From the IMG/VR virus record IMGVR_UViG_3300020810_001156, positions 62,001-126,000 of that record: DNA of 64,000 nucleotides; one strand, 5' to 3'. Below, in pieces: positions 9,285 to 19,800 of this stretch; within the stretch, counting starts at the first letter, position 1; each line of letters starts with the position of its first letter. The position numbers and the translations under genes are program-made. Under the pieces are notes generated by a model, which was not told where the DNA came from, did not search any database, and was given only the letters and a program-made list of their open reading frames with translations.

Positions 9285-12200
9285 TAGTAGAAAAAATCTA
9301 CCATTTAGCAGATTTACACATTCGTAATTTAAAAAGACATAAGGAGTATAGAGAAGTATTCCAAAAGTTTTTAGATAATGTAGATAGAGATAATATTGAA
9401 AACTCCATAATCTACTTAGCTGGTGATATTGCACATGCTAAAACCGAAATGAGTCCTGAGTTAATCAGAGAAATCAGTTGGTTCTTAACTGAATGTGCAA
9501 ATAGAAAACATACATTCCTTATTACGGGAAATCACGATTGTAACTTAAATAATAACTATCGATTGGATGTATTGACACCAATCGTTGAAAACTTAGAAAA
9601 TGACAGAATACACTATCTTAGAGATACTGGGACTTACCCTTTTGGTAACATCACTTTTGTTGTTTATTCGATACTCGATAAAAAAGAGAATTGGCCAAAG
9701 GCGGAATTGGTAGAAGGTGAGAATAAAATTTGTTTATTCCACGGACCTGTAAACTTAGCACAAACTGATATTGGATATACCGTATCATCAAACTCTTTTA
9801 CAACTGATATGTTTGAAGGATTTGATATGGTGATGTTGGGTGATATCCATAGGAGACAAACATTAGGTTCACCAACCATTGCATATGCTGGTTCGATGAT
9901 ACAACAAAATCACGGAGAAGCATTAGATAAACATGGTTACTTACTTTGGGATGTTGAAAGTAGAACTTTCGAAGAAGTTGATATTCCAAACGATTATGGA
10001 TTTTACACATTAGATGTAAACGATGGTATTGTTCCTAATGTTACCGATATGCCATCTAAACCTCGTTTGAGAGTTAGGATTTCAAATACCGAACCTTCTC
10101 AGATTAAAAAGGCATTAACCCAAATTAAAAAGAAATATAAAGTACAAGAGTTCACTGTTACTCGAATGGATACTTTATCAAAACAAAAAACGGGTAACTT
10201 TGATGATAAACTTGCAATTGGAAATGTGAGAGATGTAGAGTTCCAAAACGAACTCATCAAAGATTATTTGGAAAGACAGTATTTGGCAGATGAAGAGACT
10301 GTTGATAAGATACAACAAATCAATAGAGAAATCAACACAAAGTTGGTAGATGATGATGTAACTCCTAATATACAATGGGTGCCAAAACAATTTGAATTTT
10401 CTAATATGTTCTCTTATGGTGAGAATAATTTAATTAGATTTGACAACGCAAAAGGTATGGTAGGTATATTCGCACCTAATGCCTCAGGTAAATCATCTTT
10501 ATTCGATGCACTATCCTTTTGTATATTTGATAAGACAAGTAGAACTTATGTAGCAAAGAATATTCTTAATAATAGAAAGAGTAACTTCTATTGTAAACTG
10601 CACTTCCAAATAGAAGAAGTGGATTATTACATAGAAAGAAGAGCAAAGTTAATCAATAGAGGGAGAAATCTAAAAGTAGATGTATCCTTTTGGAGAGAAG
10701 ATGAGAGTGGTATCCACTCCTTGAATGGAGAGCAAAGGAGGGATACTAACTCCATCATTCAACAATACTTAGGTACATACGAAGATTTCGTTTTAACTAC
10801 TCTTTCACTTCAAGGAAATAATGCACTCTTTATTGATAAATCACAATCGGAAAGAAAAGAAATCCTTGCTCAATTTATGGGAGTAGATGTGTTTGATAAA
10901 TTGTATTCACATGCATCGGATGAGAATAGAGATAACGCTTCTCTAATCCGTAAGTTTAAGCAGGATGATTTTACACAAAAGTTAGCTGATATTGGTGTTG
11001 GGTTAAAGGAGAAAGAAGCTGAGTATAAGTTAAAGGAAATTCAATTGAACGCTTCAAAAGATGAAGTGGAGAAGCACAATCAGAAATTAATCTCTCTCAA
11101 CGAAAAGATTGTAAAAGTTAAATCCGACAATTATTCTTTAGACGAGTTAGAAACTAAAAAATCGACTTTAGAAACTTCGTTGACCGACTTGTTATCTCAA
11201 AGAGATACAACACAATCTAAGATTGATAAGTTTGAAGAAACTCAAATTGGATTAGAAGAAAAGATTGATTCATATGATGAAGATAAAATCGATGAGGGTC
11301 TAACCGAATATACTGAGGTGGGGAGTGAACTTACATTGATTGAAAACAATATTGAGAAACATCTTATAAAGAGTGAATCCCTTAGTGAGAGGAAACAACA
11401 TTTGGATTCCCACAAATACAATGAAGAGTGTGATATTTGTATGGAAAACTCACAAACTATCTTAGAGCAAAAAGAAAAGGTAGATGGTGAATTAGAAACC
11501 ATTAAATCAGAACTAAATGATTTGGAAACCAAACATTCGGAGTTAGTATCTAAAAGAAAAGAGTTGGCTCCATTTGAATCGGAATATACAAAGTTGAAAA
11601 AACTTAAAGAAGATGAAAACAATGTAAGTAGAGATATTAACACACTTATCAACAAGTTATCAACATTCGAAACTAAAGAAATCAAAATAAATGGTGAACT
11701 TCTTCAAGTTACACAACTTATCACCGATTATTTGGAGAATGAAAAGCAAATCCAAAAAAACAAAGAACTCAGAACTGAAATGGTTTCAGTAAGAGCAGAA
11801 TTGACTTCATCAAAAGATGATGTTGATAAATTAAACAAACAACTTCTTAAATTGAATGGTGAAGTTTCATCCCTAACAAATCAAAAGAAAACAATCGAAG
11901 ATAGAATTGAAGAAGTAGAAAAGTTAGAGGAGCAATTTGGATTATTTGAATATTACCTAAATGCTTTGGGTAAGGATGGTGTATCTTATGAATTGATTTC
12001 TAAAGCTCTTCCAATGATTGAAGGTGAGGTAAATAACATCTTAGGTCAAATCGTAGAGTTTGGCTTACAATTGGAGATGGATGGAAAGAACATTAACGCT
12101 AACATCGTTTACGATGACCAGAAATGGAGTTTAGAGATGTGTAGTGGTATGGAGAAGTTCATTAGTGGTTTAGCGATTAGAATCGCTCTAATCAACGTAT

Positions 12201-12412
12201 GTAATCTTCCTCGTCCTAACTTCTTAGTAATCGATGAAGGATTTGGAACATTAGATAATGAGAACCTTACATCATTGTATATGTTGTTCGCATATCTGAA
12301 AACACAATTTGATTTTGTGATGATTATATCACATATTGATTCAATGAGAGATGTAGTGGATTCTCTTATGGAAATTAAAAAAGTAAATGGATTCAGTAGT
12401 ATTAAATTTTAA
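9281..12412 (+). CDS. sbcDC: Fused Mre11/SbcD nuclease - Rad50/SbcC ATPase (T4 gp47-gp46 equivalent in one chain)
   Basis: N-terminal metallophosphoesterase motifs (ADLH, GDIAH, GNHD, GDIH); then Walker A APNASGKS, long coiled coil with CDIC zinc hook (11429-11440), signature CSGMEK, Walker B/D-loop LVIDEGFGTLD, H-loop ISH. No internal stop. Confidence 0.9.
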   Translation: MIVEKIYHLADLHIRNLKRHKEYREVFQKFLDNVDRDNIENSIIYLAGDIAHAKTEMSPELIREISWFLTECANRKHTFLITGNHDCNLNNNYRLDVLTPIVENLENDRIHYLRDTGTYPFGNITFVVYSILDKKENWPKAELVEGENKICLFHGPVNLAQTDIGYTVSSNSFTTDMFEGFDMVMLGDIHRRQTLGSPTIAYAGSMIQQNHGEALDKHGYLLWDVESRTFEEVDIPNDYGFYTLDVNDGIVPNVTDMPSKPRLRVRISNTEPSQIKKALTQIKKKYKVQEFTVTRMDTLSKQKTGNFDDKLAIGNVRDVEFQNELIKDYLERQYLADEETVDKIQQINREINTKLVDDDVTPNIQWVPKQFEFSNMFSYGENNLIRFDNAKGMVGIFAPNASGKSSLFDALSFCIFDKTSRTYVAKNILNNRKSNFYCKLHFQIEEVDYYIERRAKLINRGRNLKVDVSFWREDESGIHSLNGEQRRDTNSIIQQYLGTYEDFVLTTLSLQGNNALFIDKSQSERKEILAQFMGVDVFDKLYSHASDENRDNASLIRKFKQDDFTQKLADIGVGLKEKEAEYKLKEIQLNASKDEVEKHNQKLISLNEKIVKVKSDNYSLDELETKKSTLETSLTDLLSQRDTTQSKIDKFEETQIGLEEKIDSYDEDKIDEGLTEYTEVGSELTLIENNIEKHLIKSESLSERKQHLDSHKYNEECDICMENSQTILEQKEKVDGELETIKSELNDLETKHSELVSKRKELAPFESEYTKLKKLKEDENNVSRDINTLINKLSTFETKEIKINGELLQVTQLITDYLENEKQIQKNKELRTEMVSVRAELTSSKDDVDKLNKQLLKLNGEVSSLTNQKKTIEDRIEEVEKLEEQFGLFEYYLNALGKDGVSYELISKALPMIEGEVNNILGQIVEFGLQLEMDGKNINANIVYDDQKWSLEMCSGMEKFISGLAIRIALINVCNLPRPNFLVIDEGFGTLDNENLTSLYMLFAYLKTQFDFVMIISHIDSMRDVVDSLMEIKKVNGFSSIKF

Positions 12413-12415
12413 TAA

Positions 12416-13234
12416 ATGAAAATAGGAATTGTTGGACAGGGTTTTGTGGGTAATGCGGTGTATCAGAAATTCAAAGAGTATTATGATGTACTTACTTATG
12501 ATTTAGATGAAACTAAATGTAATTCAATCTTAGAAGAAGTTGCTAAATGTGATTATGTATTCACTTGCTTACCAACTCCAATGAATGGGGATGGTAGTTG
12601 TAATACCAATATTGTAGAAGGTGTAATCAAACAAATTGATGAGATTGGTAAAACGAAGGGTATTGTGGTTAAATCAACTATTGTACCCGGTACTACTCAA
12701 AAATGGAATGATGAATATAAAACAAACATCGTATTCAATCCAGAATTCCTTACTGAAAGAAATGCGGTTAAAGATTACGAAAATCAAAACCGAATTATAT
12801 TAGGAGGACCAAGACCAACAACTACTCATCTGAAAAGAATATTTTCAAAAGTATTTCCAAGTGCATATATAATAAAAACTGATTCAACTCATGCTGAAAT
12901 GGTAAAGTATTTAACAAATACATTTCTTTCAACTAAAGTATCTTTTGCAAATGAGATATATCAAATTTGTAAAGGTTTAGATATCGATTATGATAAAGTA
13001 GTAGAATATGCAACCCACGATGAAAGATTGGGTAAATCACATTGGAACGTACCGGGTCATGATGGTGATTTTGGTTTTGGTGGACATTGTTTCCCCAAAG
13101 ATTTATCAGCACTTTTAAGATTAGCAGAAGATTTGAATGTGGTTGATAATGTACTCAGTGCAGTAGAACAAACTAATTACTCAGTTAGAAAGAATAGAGA
13201 TTGGGAAAAGATGAAAGGGAGAGCAGTTATTTAG
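12416..13234 (+). CDS. ugd: UDP-glucose/GDP-mannose dehydrogenase family protein, short form without the C-terminal domain
   Basis: Rossmann GIVGQGFVG, CLPTP, KSTIVPGTT, FNPEFLTE, catalytic GFGGHCFPKD; ends at 272 aa. Confidence 0.82.
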   Translation: MKIGIVGQGFVGNAVYQKFKEYYDVLTYDLDETKCNSILEEVAKCDYVFTCLPTPMNGDGSCNTNIVEGVIKQIDEIGKTKGIVVKSTIVPGTTQKWNDEYKTNIVFNPEFLTERNAVKDYENQNRIILGGPRPTTTHLKRIFSKVFPSAYIIKTDSTHAEMVKYLTNTFLSTKVSFANEIYQICKGLDIDYDKVVEYATHDERLGKSHWNVPGHDGDFGFGGHCFPKDLSALLRLAEDLNVVDNVLSAVEQTNYSVRKNRDWEKMKGRAVI

Positions 13235-13397
13235 TTTTAAGAACATTAGTAGGAAGTGGTTTCGCATTTGGTGAAACCTTTTCTTTTATGAGAGATTCTA
13301 CCAACCCATTCATTTTATATCCTTTATCCTTACAAAAGGACTTTAATAATTGATGAACTTCGGCATCAATTTGTAACATTGCATATTTTTTATTCAT
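13227..13397 (-). CDS. Small putative ribbon-helix-helix DNA-binding protein
   Basis: MNKKYAMLQIDAEVHQLLKSFCKDKGYKMNGLVESLIKE has the strand-helix-helix pattern. ATG 13397 overlaps the TGA of the upstream gene (ATGA), so it is preferred to the 13409 start. Confidence 0.5.
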   Translation of the reverse strand: MNKKYAMLQIDAEVHQLLKSFCKDKGYKMNGLVESLIKEKVSPNAKPLPTNVLKTK

Positions 13398-13789
13398 AAT
13401 TTTATCCATTTTCTTTCACTGTTAAGTGTGAATGAACCAATGTGTTCTCTATTCCACATAGTTGGTTCAATAAGTGATAAAAACATTTCACCACTATCAC
13501 CTATGTACAAATAATAGGTTTCACCAATAACAGGTTCAAAATTAAATTTAGATTTGTAAACTAAATCATTCCATTGATATTCTTCAACCAATTTTTGATA
13601 CTCTTCTTTAAGTTCATTAAACTTAGCTGAAAATTGTTTGTTAACTTTATTAACACTTACACCCTTCCAAACTGCTATATTTTCTACCTTAATTGATGGT
13701 GCCCCAACATTACTACCATATGGTAAAATATTGGCATTGAACCCATCCTTTTCATCATATACAATGTTATCTGGGTATTTTTTCTTCAT
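13394..13789 (-). CDS. DUF2452-like protein
   Basis: PYGSNVGAPSIK and KFNFEPVIGETYYLY...FLSLIEP..W recalled as typical of DUF2452, which is common in Flavobacteriia. Confidence 0.6.
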   Translation of the reverse strand: MKKKYPDNIVYDEKDGFNANILPYGSNVGAPSIKVENIAVWKGVSVNKVNKQFSAKFNELKEEYQKLVEEYQWNDLVYKSKFNFEPVIGETYYLYIGDSGEMFLSLIEPTMWNREHIGSFTLNSERKWIKL

Positions 13790-13816
13790 TCTTTAGAACT
13801 CTTTAGTTTTCTTTAG
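13790..13816. repeat. Three direct repeats of TCTTTAG at exactly 10-nt spacing
   Basis: TCTTTAG starts at 13790, 13800 and 13810; CTTTAG recurs at 13871. Lies in the divergent intergenic region. Confidence 0.7.
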
Positions 13817-13844
13817 AATAAATACTAAAAATAAAATTTATTAA

Positions 13845-13853
13845 ATACTTATA
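13845..13853 (+). promoter_or_regulatory. Putative phage late promoter (ATACTTATA variant)
   Basis: Recurrent motif 26 nt before ATG 13880. Confidence 0.55.
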
Positions 13854-13879
13854 TAGGAATAACAAAGAAACTTTAGTTA

Positions 13880-16800
13880 ATGGCCAGAATTAAAAAGTAT
13901 TCACCTGAACAAAATTTATCATCGTTTCAAACTTTAATAGTAGATGAAAATCCCAATTCGGATTATTTTAGAATTACCGAATTTAAAGATACATTTACTG
14001 GTGGTAAAAATGGATTCCTAATAGAGGGTTCAGAATATCTAAAAGAATCTACTGAAATAAAAATTGAGATTTTAGATGTTAATGGAGAACCAATATATTA
14101 TGAACCAGGTAATGGAATCCCAGAATACTATGAAGGTATATCAAAGTTAATAGCTGTTTATATCTATGAAGATACTCCAATCGGATTGGGTAAGATTACT
14201 ATTTTGGGTGAACTAAAGGAGTATGATGATAATGGTGTAAAAAGACAAATTCCATCAGATTGGCGAGGTGCTTATAATGTTAAATGGGAAAGAACTTTTC
14301 AGATTAATAAAAATCTATCAAACGAAGATAGGGTAAGATTTTATCGTAGACCTAAGGTGGGTATTGATGAGATAGTTAAACCAATATTTAACAAAACCCC
14401 ACAAACAATTACTCAAACTGGGCAAGTAGATGGTTTACCTTTAATCCCAACCGAAAATACTCAACTATCTAATTTTTCTTTACCAACATCATATAGATTA
14501 AAAATCACAGATGATACATATTGGACCGGTTCTGCGGTTGGTCAACAAATAGAATTTAGTGGACTAAACTATTCACCAACCATTACTGATATTGTCAACA
14601 AAGATGAAGTATTAGTATCTCCACCATATTCTGAATCGGATTTAGTTAAACCATTTTCATCTCAAAATTATTCGGTATCATTTCCATATGTTGAGGGGGC
14701 AGTTGATTTAGCAACCGCTTTAACTGGTTCATTTGCTAAAATTAACATCACCAATATGAAAACATTTGTTGGTGATGCCGCTAGGGTTAAGGTGTTTAGA
14801 AAATCGGTATCCCAATTAACTGATTATGAGTTCGTACAAGAAATACAATTAGAATCAAACGAATTGTTGAGAGATTTAGAAAGTGTTGAATCAACGGAAA
14901 CTTTCTATGGTAATCTAAGTCAAAACTACATTAATAATTATTGGTTAACATCATCAAATGATTTAGTAACTACATTTAATCAAGATTTTTTATACAATTC
15001 TGTTGAACTTGATAATGGGGCATCTACTCCACAATATTTTTATACATCTCAATCATTGGGTATAACCAATGGTGTTGAATATAATTTATCGTTTAATGTT
15101 AGAAAAAGAACAAACATCTCAGCCGATGATTATTTAAAAGTTTATCTAAGTGGTTCGTTTGGAAATACAACTGTAGCACAAACAATTACAAATATAGGTA
15201 GTTCGAATGAATTATTACAAAAAACTTTAGTAAATGAAAATATAATTGCAGATAATATATCTGGTTCACAATTATATTTTGAAGTAAAAGGTAATGATTG
15301 GTTAATTAATAATATTTCATTAAGAGCAGCAGAAGAAACTTCTTTTTCTCCCGATGAAATTACATTTATACAAAGTGTACCAAAAACATTAGCTGAAGAA
15401 ACATTTGATTTTCGTTTTGAATTTTATGATATAAATAATAATTACATACCTGTATTAGTTGAAGAAACAAAAACATTCACAGGTGGTAACTTAAACTTAT
15501 TTACAAAAGAATTAATTCTTACACCAAATCAATTATATTTTGCATTTGATTCAGCATCGGCACCTGCAAATCCATTACCTCCATTAAACATTTTTATTGA
15601 TGTTGAAAAAAGAGTAATAACTGGTTCGGTAACATTTACATCTGGTGCATATGATGAGTTTGGAAATTTATTATCATCATCACAATATAATGGTGGGGTA
15701 TTTCCTGGTCTATTAACGGACAGAGATAAAGATATTGTAAAATTAAATGTATCTGATTATACTGGTTCAAGAGATGATATTACAGTTCAATATATTGAAT
15801 ATACTGGTGAGGTTGAGGGTGTAACCGATTCATTCGTAATCACTAGAGTTCAAGATGGTAAGGGTGGTGTAAACTTTGAGATTAGGCCTTACAGAGGTAC
15901 AATTATCAAAAACAAAGATGATAAAGAATTAGAAATTCAAGCAATTCGTATTGATGGTATTAATGAAATTATTCTTAAAGATAATTTACCACAAACTGGA
16001 TTTTCCGATGCAAAACTTAGAGTCCTTTCATCATCAATAGATGAAGTAACATTGGAAGAAAGTGGTTCTTATATACTTCTTTCAGAGGCATCATCTACTA
16101 AATTTATTAAAGGATTAAACGCTGGTTTAACTGGTAGTGGTGAAATTGATTATAACGCAAGATTTAATAGAGATTCTATTGATAATGAATTGACCGTATT
16201 CTTAATGGATGGTGAAACTTCTCAATCAATTCTTACATCAATTATTCTTACCGATTTACAAGATGGTTTAGATAGTGGGTTTGTAACATTTGATGCAGAT
16301 GTATTTACTATTAATCCAAGAACACAAACTCAATTTACTCCGCAATTTAGTAGTGTAACGGGTTCTTTTTATAAGAGGGGTACTAAAGCAAATCCAGTAT
16401 CAGCATCGATTGAGATATTCCCATCGATGTCAATCAATAAAGATTTTGTTCCTGAATACTGGATGTATTTTGTATCTCATTCTAAAGATGAAAGTATTGA
16501 GGTAACGGCATATGATGAGAATGGATTCTATTCACCACATGGTGAGTTGGGTTCATATATTGGGTTACCTGCTTCACAAAGCAAACAACTATTGGTAAAC
16601 TTTACTTACACAGAACCAGTAACTTCTGCATCGGTTCAAGTTGACCATATTTTCACCATTGTACCTGAAGGTAAGCCGGGTGATGAAACTGTATTGTTTG
16701 AAGTTAACCCTCAGACTGTAAATCTAAAATCGGATAGTAGAGGTAATGTCAATGATTTTAAACAATCTATAACTGATATTAGTTTAAGACAGGGTTCAAG

Positions 16801-19800
16801 ACGATTAATATTTACGGGTAGTGCAGAACCCGGTACGTTTACAATAGCATCCGAATCTATCAGTTCACAAAACATTGAAGTGGGATTACTACACTTAACT
16901 TCATCATTTGGTACTGATTATACGGCATCATTGATTGTAAGTGAATCATCAAACTTTACACAACTTAGTGGTAGTATTACATATCCATTAGAGATTAGAC
17001 CTTACTTTACATCATCTGTTTACACACAAAGTTTTACTCAAAATTTTACTAAAATATTAGATGGACCTCCTCCAATAGAACTAAACATAGTTCCTCAATC
17101 TGTAACTTTAATTGCTAATGAAGTAGAATTTGTAGGTGATTATTCCAACGCTACAACAACAATTACGGTAAAAGAGGGTTCTGATAATTTAATAAACACC
17201 AGTAGTGGTGCACCTGGTACATTTACTTTAGAATCTATTAATACAACAAACATAACTTCAAATTTAGTTTCGTTGGAAGGTGGAATATCTGCTAGTGTTG
17301 AATTTAGTGAATTTGAATATCCATATGTATCTGCTAGTGTTACATATAATATTAATGTATTTCCATTTTCATTAGGACCTGGTCATGAATATTCATCTTC
17401 TGTTTTTGAAAGAACTCAAAATTTTGTTAAAAGTATTACACCTCCAAACGCTAGAAGTGTTGAGTTAACAGCAACATCAGAAGTAGTTCACTTTGATGGT
17501 GATGGACAGGTAACATCTCCATTAGGTGCAATTACATTAACTGCTGAAGCTTACAATACAACAGGTTCTGTTTATTACGGATTCTTTAGAGATAGTTATG
17601 TGTGGCAACCATATTCACAAACAAATACAGTAACTGTTGGTTCTGGTGATGCAACTGAAGCTGGTGAAACTGTAAGCTGGGAGGTACGAATTAGAGATGG
17701 TGGTTCAACGGCTAATGTAGTAGCTACTGATGCAATTACTATTACTGGTGTACAAGATGGAGCATCAAATTATAATGTACAATTGGATAACCCATCTGTA
17801 ACTCTTACATCTGATGTAGATGGTACAACTCACTTTACTGGTAGTGGTGCTGTAATCAGAGCCGTAAAAGGTGTAACACCGCTAACTCACGTAACTTCAT
17901 ATTCACCATCCGACTATGTTTATGATGAGCAGGGTGTATTTATTGGTAACTTAGGACAATATTCTGCATCGATAGAATCTAAAAGTCCTTATTTAAATCA
18001 AACGGGAATATTCGCTGGAAACCCTGCAACTTTACCTGAAATACCAAATGGTGGTTGGACTTCACCATTTGATAATCCAACTGGAACAATTGTTTACAAA
18101 GTTGATATTGAAAATGGTAGAGCAACTTATTTCTTATCACAATCATTTGCAGTAACATTCGAAGGAGCAACTGGTCCTGGTGTTGTTGTAAGAGGTGAGT
18201 GGAATGCGAATGTTCCATATCTGTTTACTGGAACAAGAAGAGATGCGGTTGTTCAAGAGATTAGTGGTGATACACACTATTGGGCAACAACTGAAGCACT
18301 TATAAACAAACCAGCATATACTGATGGAAGTGCACCATATACCGCACAACCAACATTACCACCTGGCCCACCATATGAAGAAGGTTATGAAGATGCAACA
18401 ACTGGGTGGGAATACTTAGGACAAGAAGATTTCTTCGTAGCTGCTAAGATTGCAATTTTTGAAGAATCATTTGTAGAAAACACAATAAATGTTGGTAAAC
18501 CATCAACTGATTATAGTGTTAATCCACAAATAGCAATTTATGGTGGTGATAGTGAACCTTATATAGCCATCGGACAAGGAACTCAAGGATATGGACAGCA
18601 AGGTATATTTTTGGGTGTAACTGAAGATGGTGGACCTAATGGAACACAAGGAACATCTGGATTATTCTCAATAGAAAATGATACTGGTGATAGATATCTA
18701 AGATGGGATGGTTATGATTTAGAAATAGCAGGTTCGATACAAATCAAAGGAGGTTCTGCCGCAACCACTTCAAGCGTTGATGCTATCAACAACGCAACAG
18801 GTGGATTTATAAACCCATCGGAATATCAATTCGGACCAGGTAGTAGTCCTGATTTCTTCGAATTGGGAGAATTACCAGCAACTCCATCAGTTCCAGGTCT
18901 ATATTTAGGTTCTGATAATTTAGGTTATCACGATGGAACTGATTGGAACGCATTTTTAGATAATAATGGTAACTTTTATTTAGGAGGAGAAGAAGGTGGT
19001 TCATTATCATTCCAACAATCATCGGGTAATTTAAAAGTTTCTGGTATCGTATCAGCATCGGCTGGTATATTTGGTGGATTGGTAATTGATAATACTGGTG
19101 TATTCTTCCCATCAACATATGATGTGGGTAATCAATACTTTGGTGAAAGTGTTGTAACTCAATCTTTATCTTATATTGATTTTACGGATGCTATAACAAA
19201 TCAAGGTGGAGGTAGTAGAGCAATTATTGAAAGAAATACATCAATTTCTGATGTTGGTGATAATGCATATAAACAAATGACGAGAACCGCAGACCCATTT
19301 GGTAGTGGTTCTGCAGTTATGACAGCATTTGGTCTTGTAACCACAACAAACTTAGTAACAGGTTCAGCATCTGGTTCTTTCTTTGGTTCAGATAATGCAC
19401 ACTTTAAAGTAACTCCAAACTTATACGCACTTAATTCATCATATGAAATTGATTTTTGGTGGACTGGTTCATTTAATTTAGATGCTGGTGGTGCCAATGC
19501 CTCTAACTTAGTTTGGCAAGCTGGTACAAATCAAATTATAACATCCGATTCATCTTGGGAAGATGCTATCGGTTCACCTTATATACCAGATGAGTGGTTT
19601 CATGGTAGCCTTGATAGTGGAGCTGACCCAAGAATGAGTGCGTACATTCATGCATATGATGTACCTGTTTTAGGTATTGGTAATATTGTAGATTTGTATA
19701 TTCCAATTGTTCAATATCTAAACTCAACAACTTTACGTTCAACGGAAGATAATAACTATGGTAGTGATATAGAACTACATAACGCAGGAAGCGTAACTTT

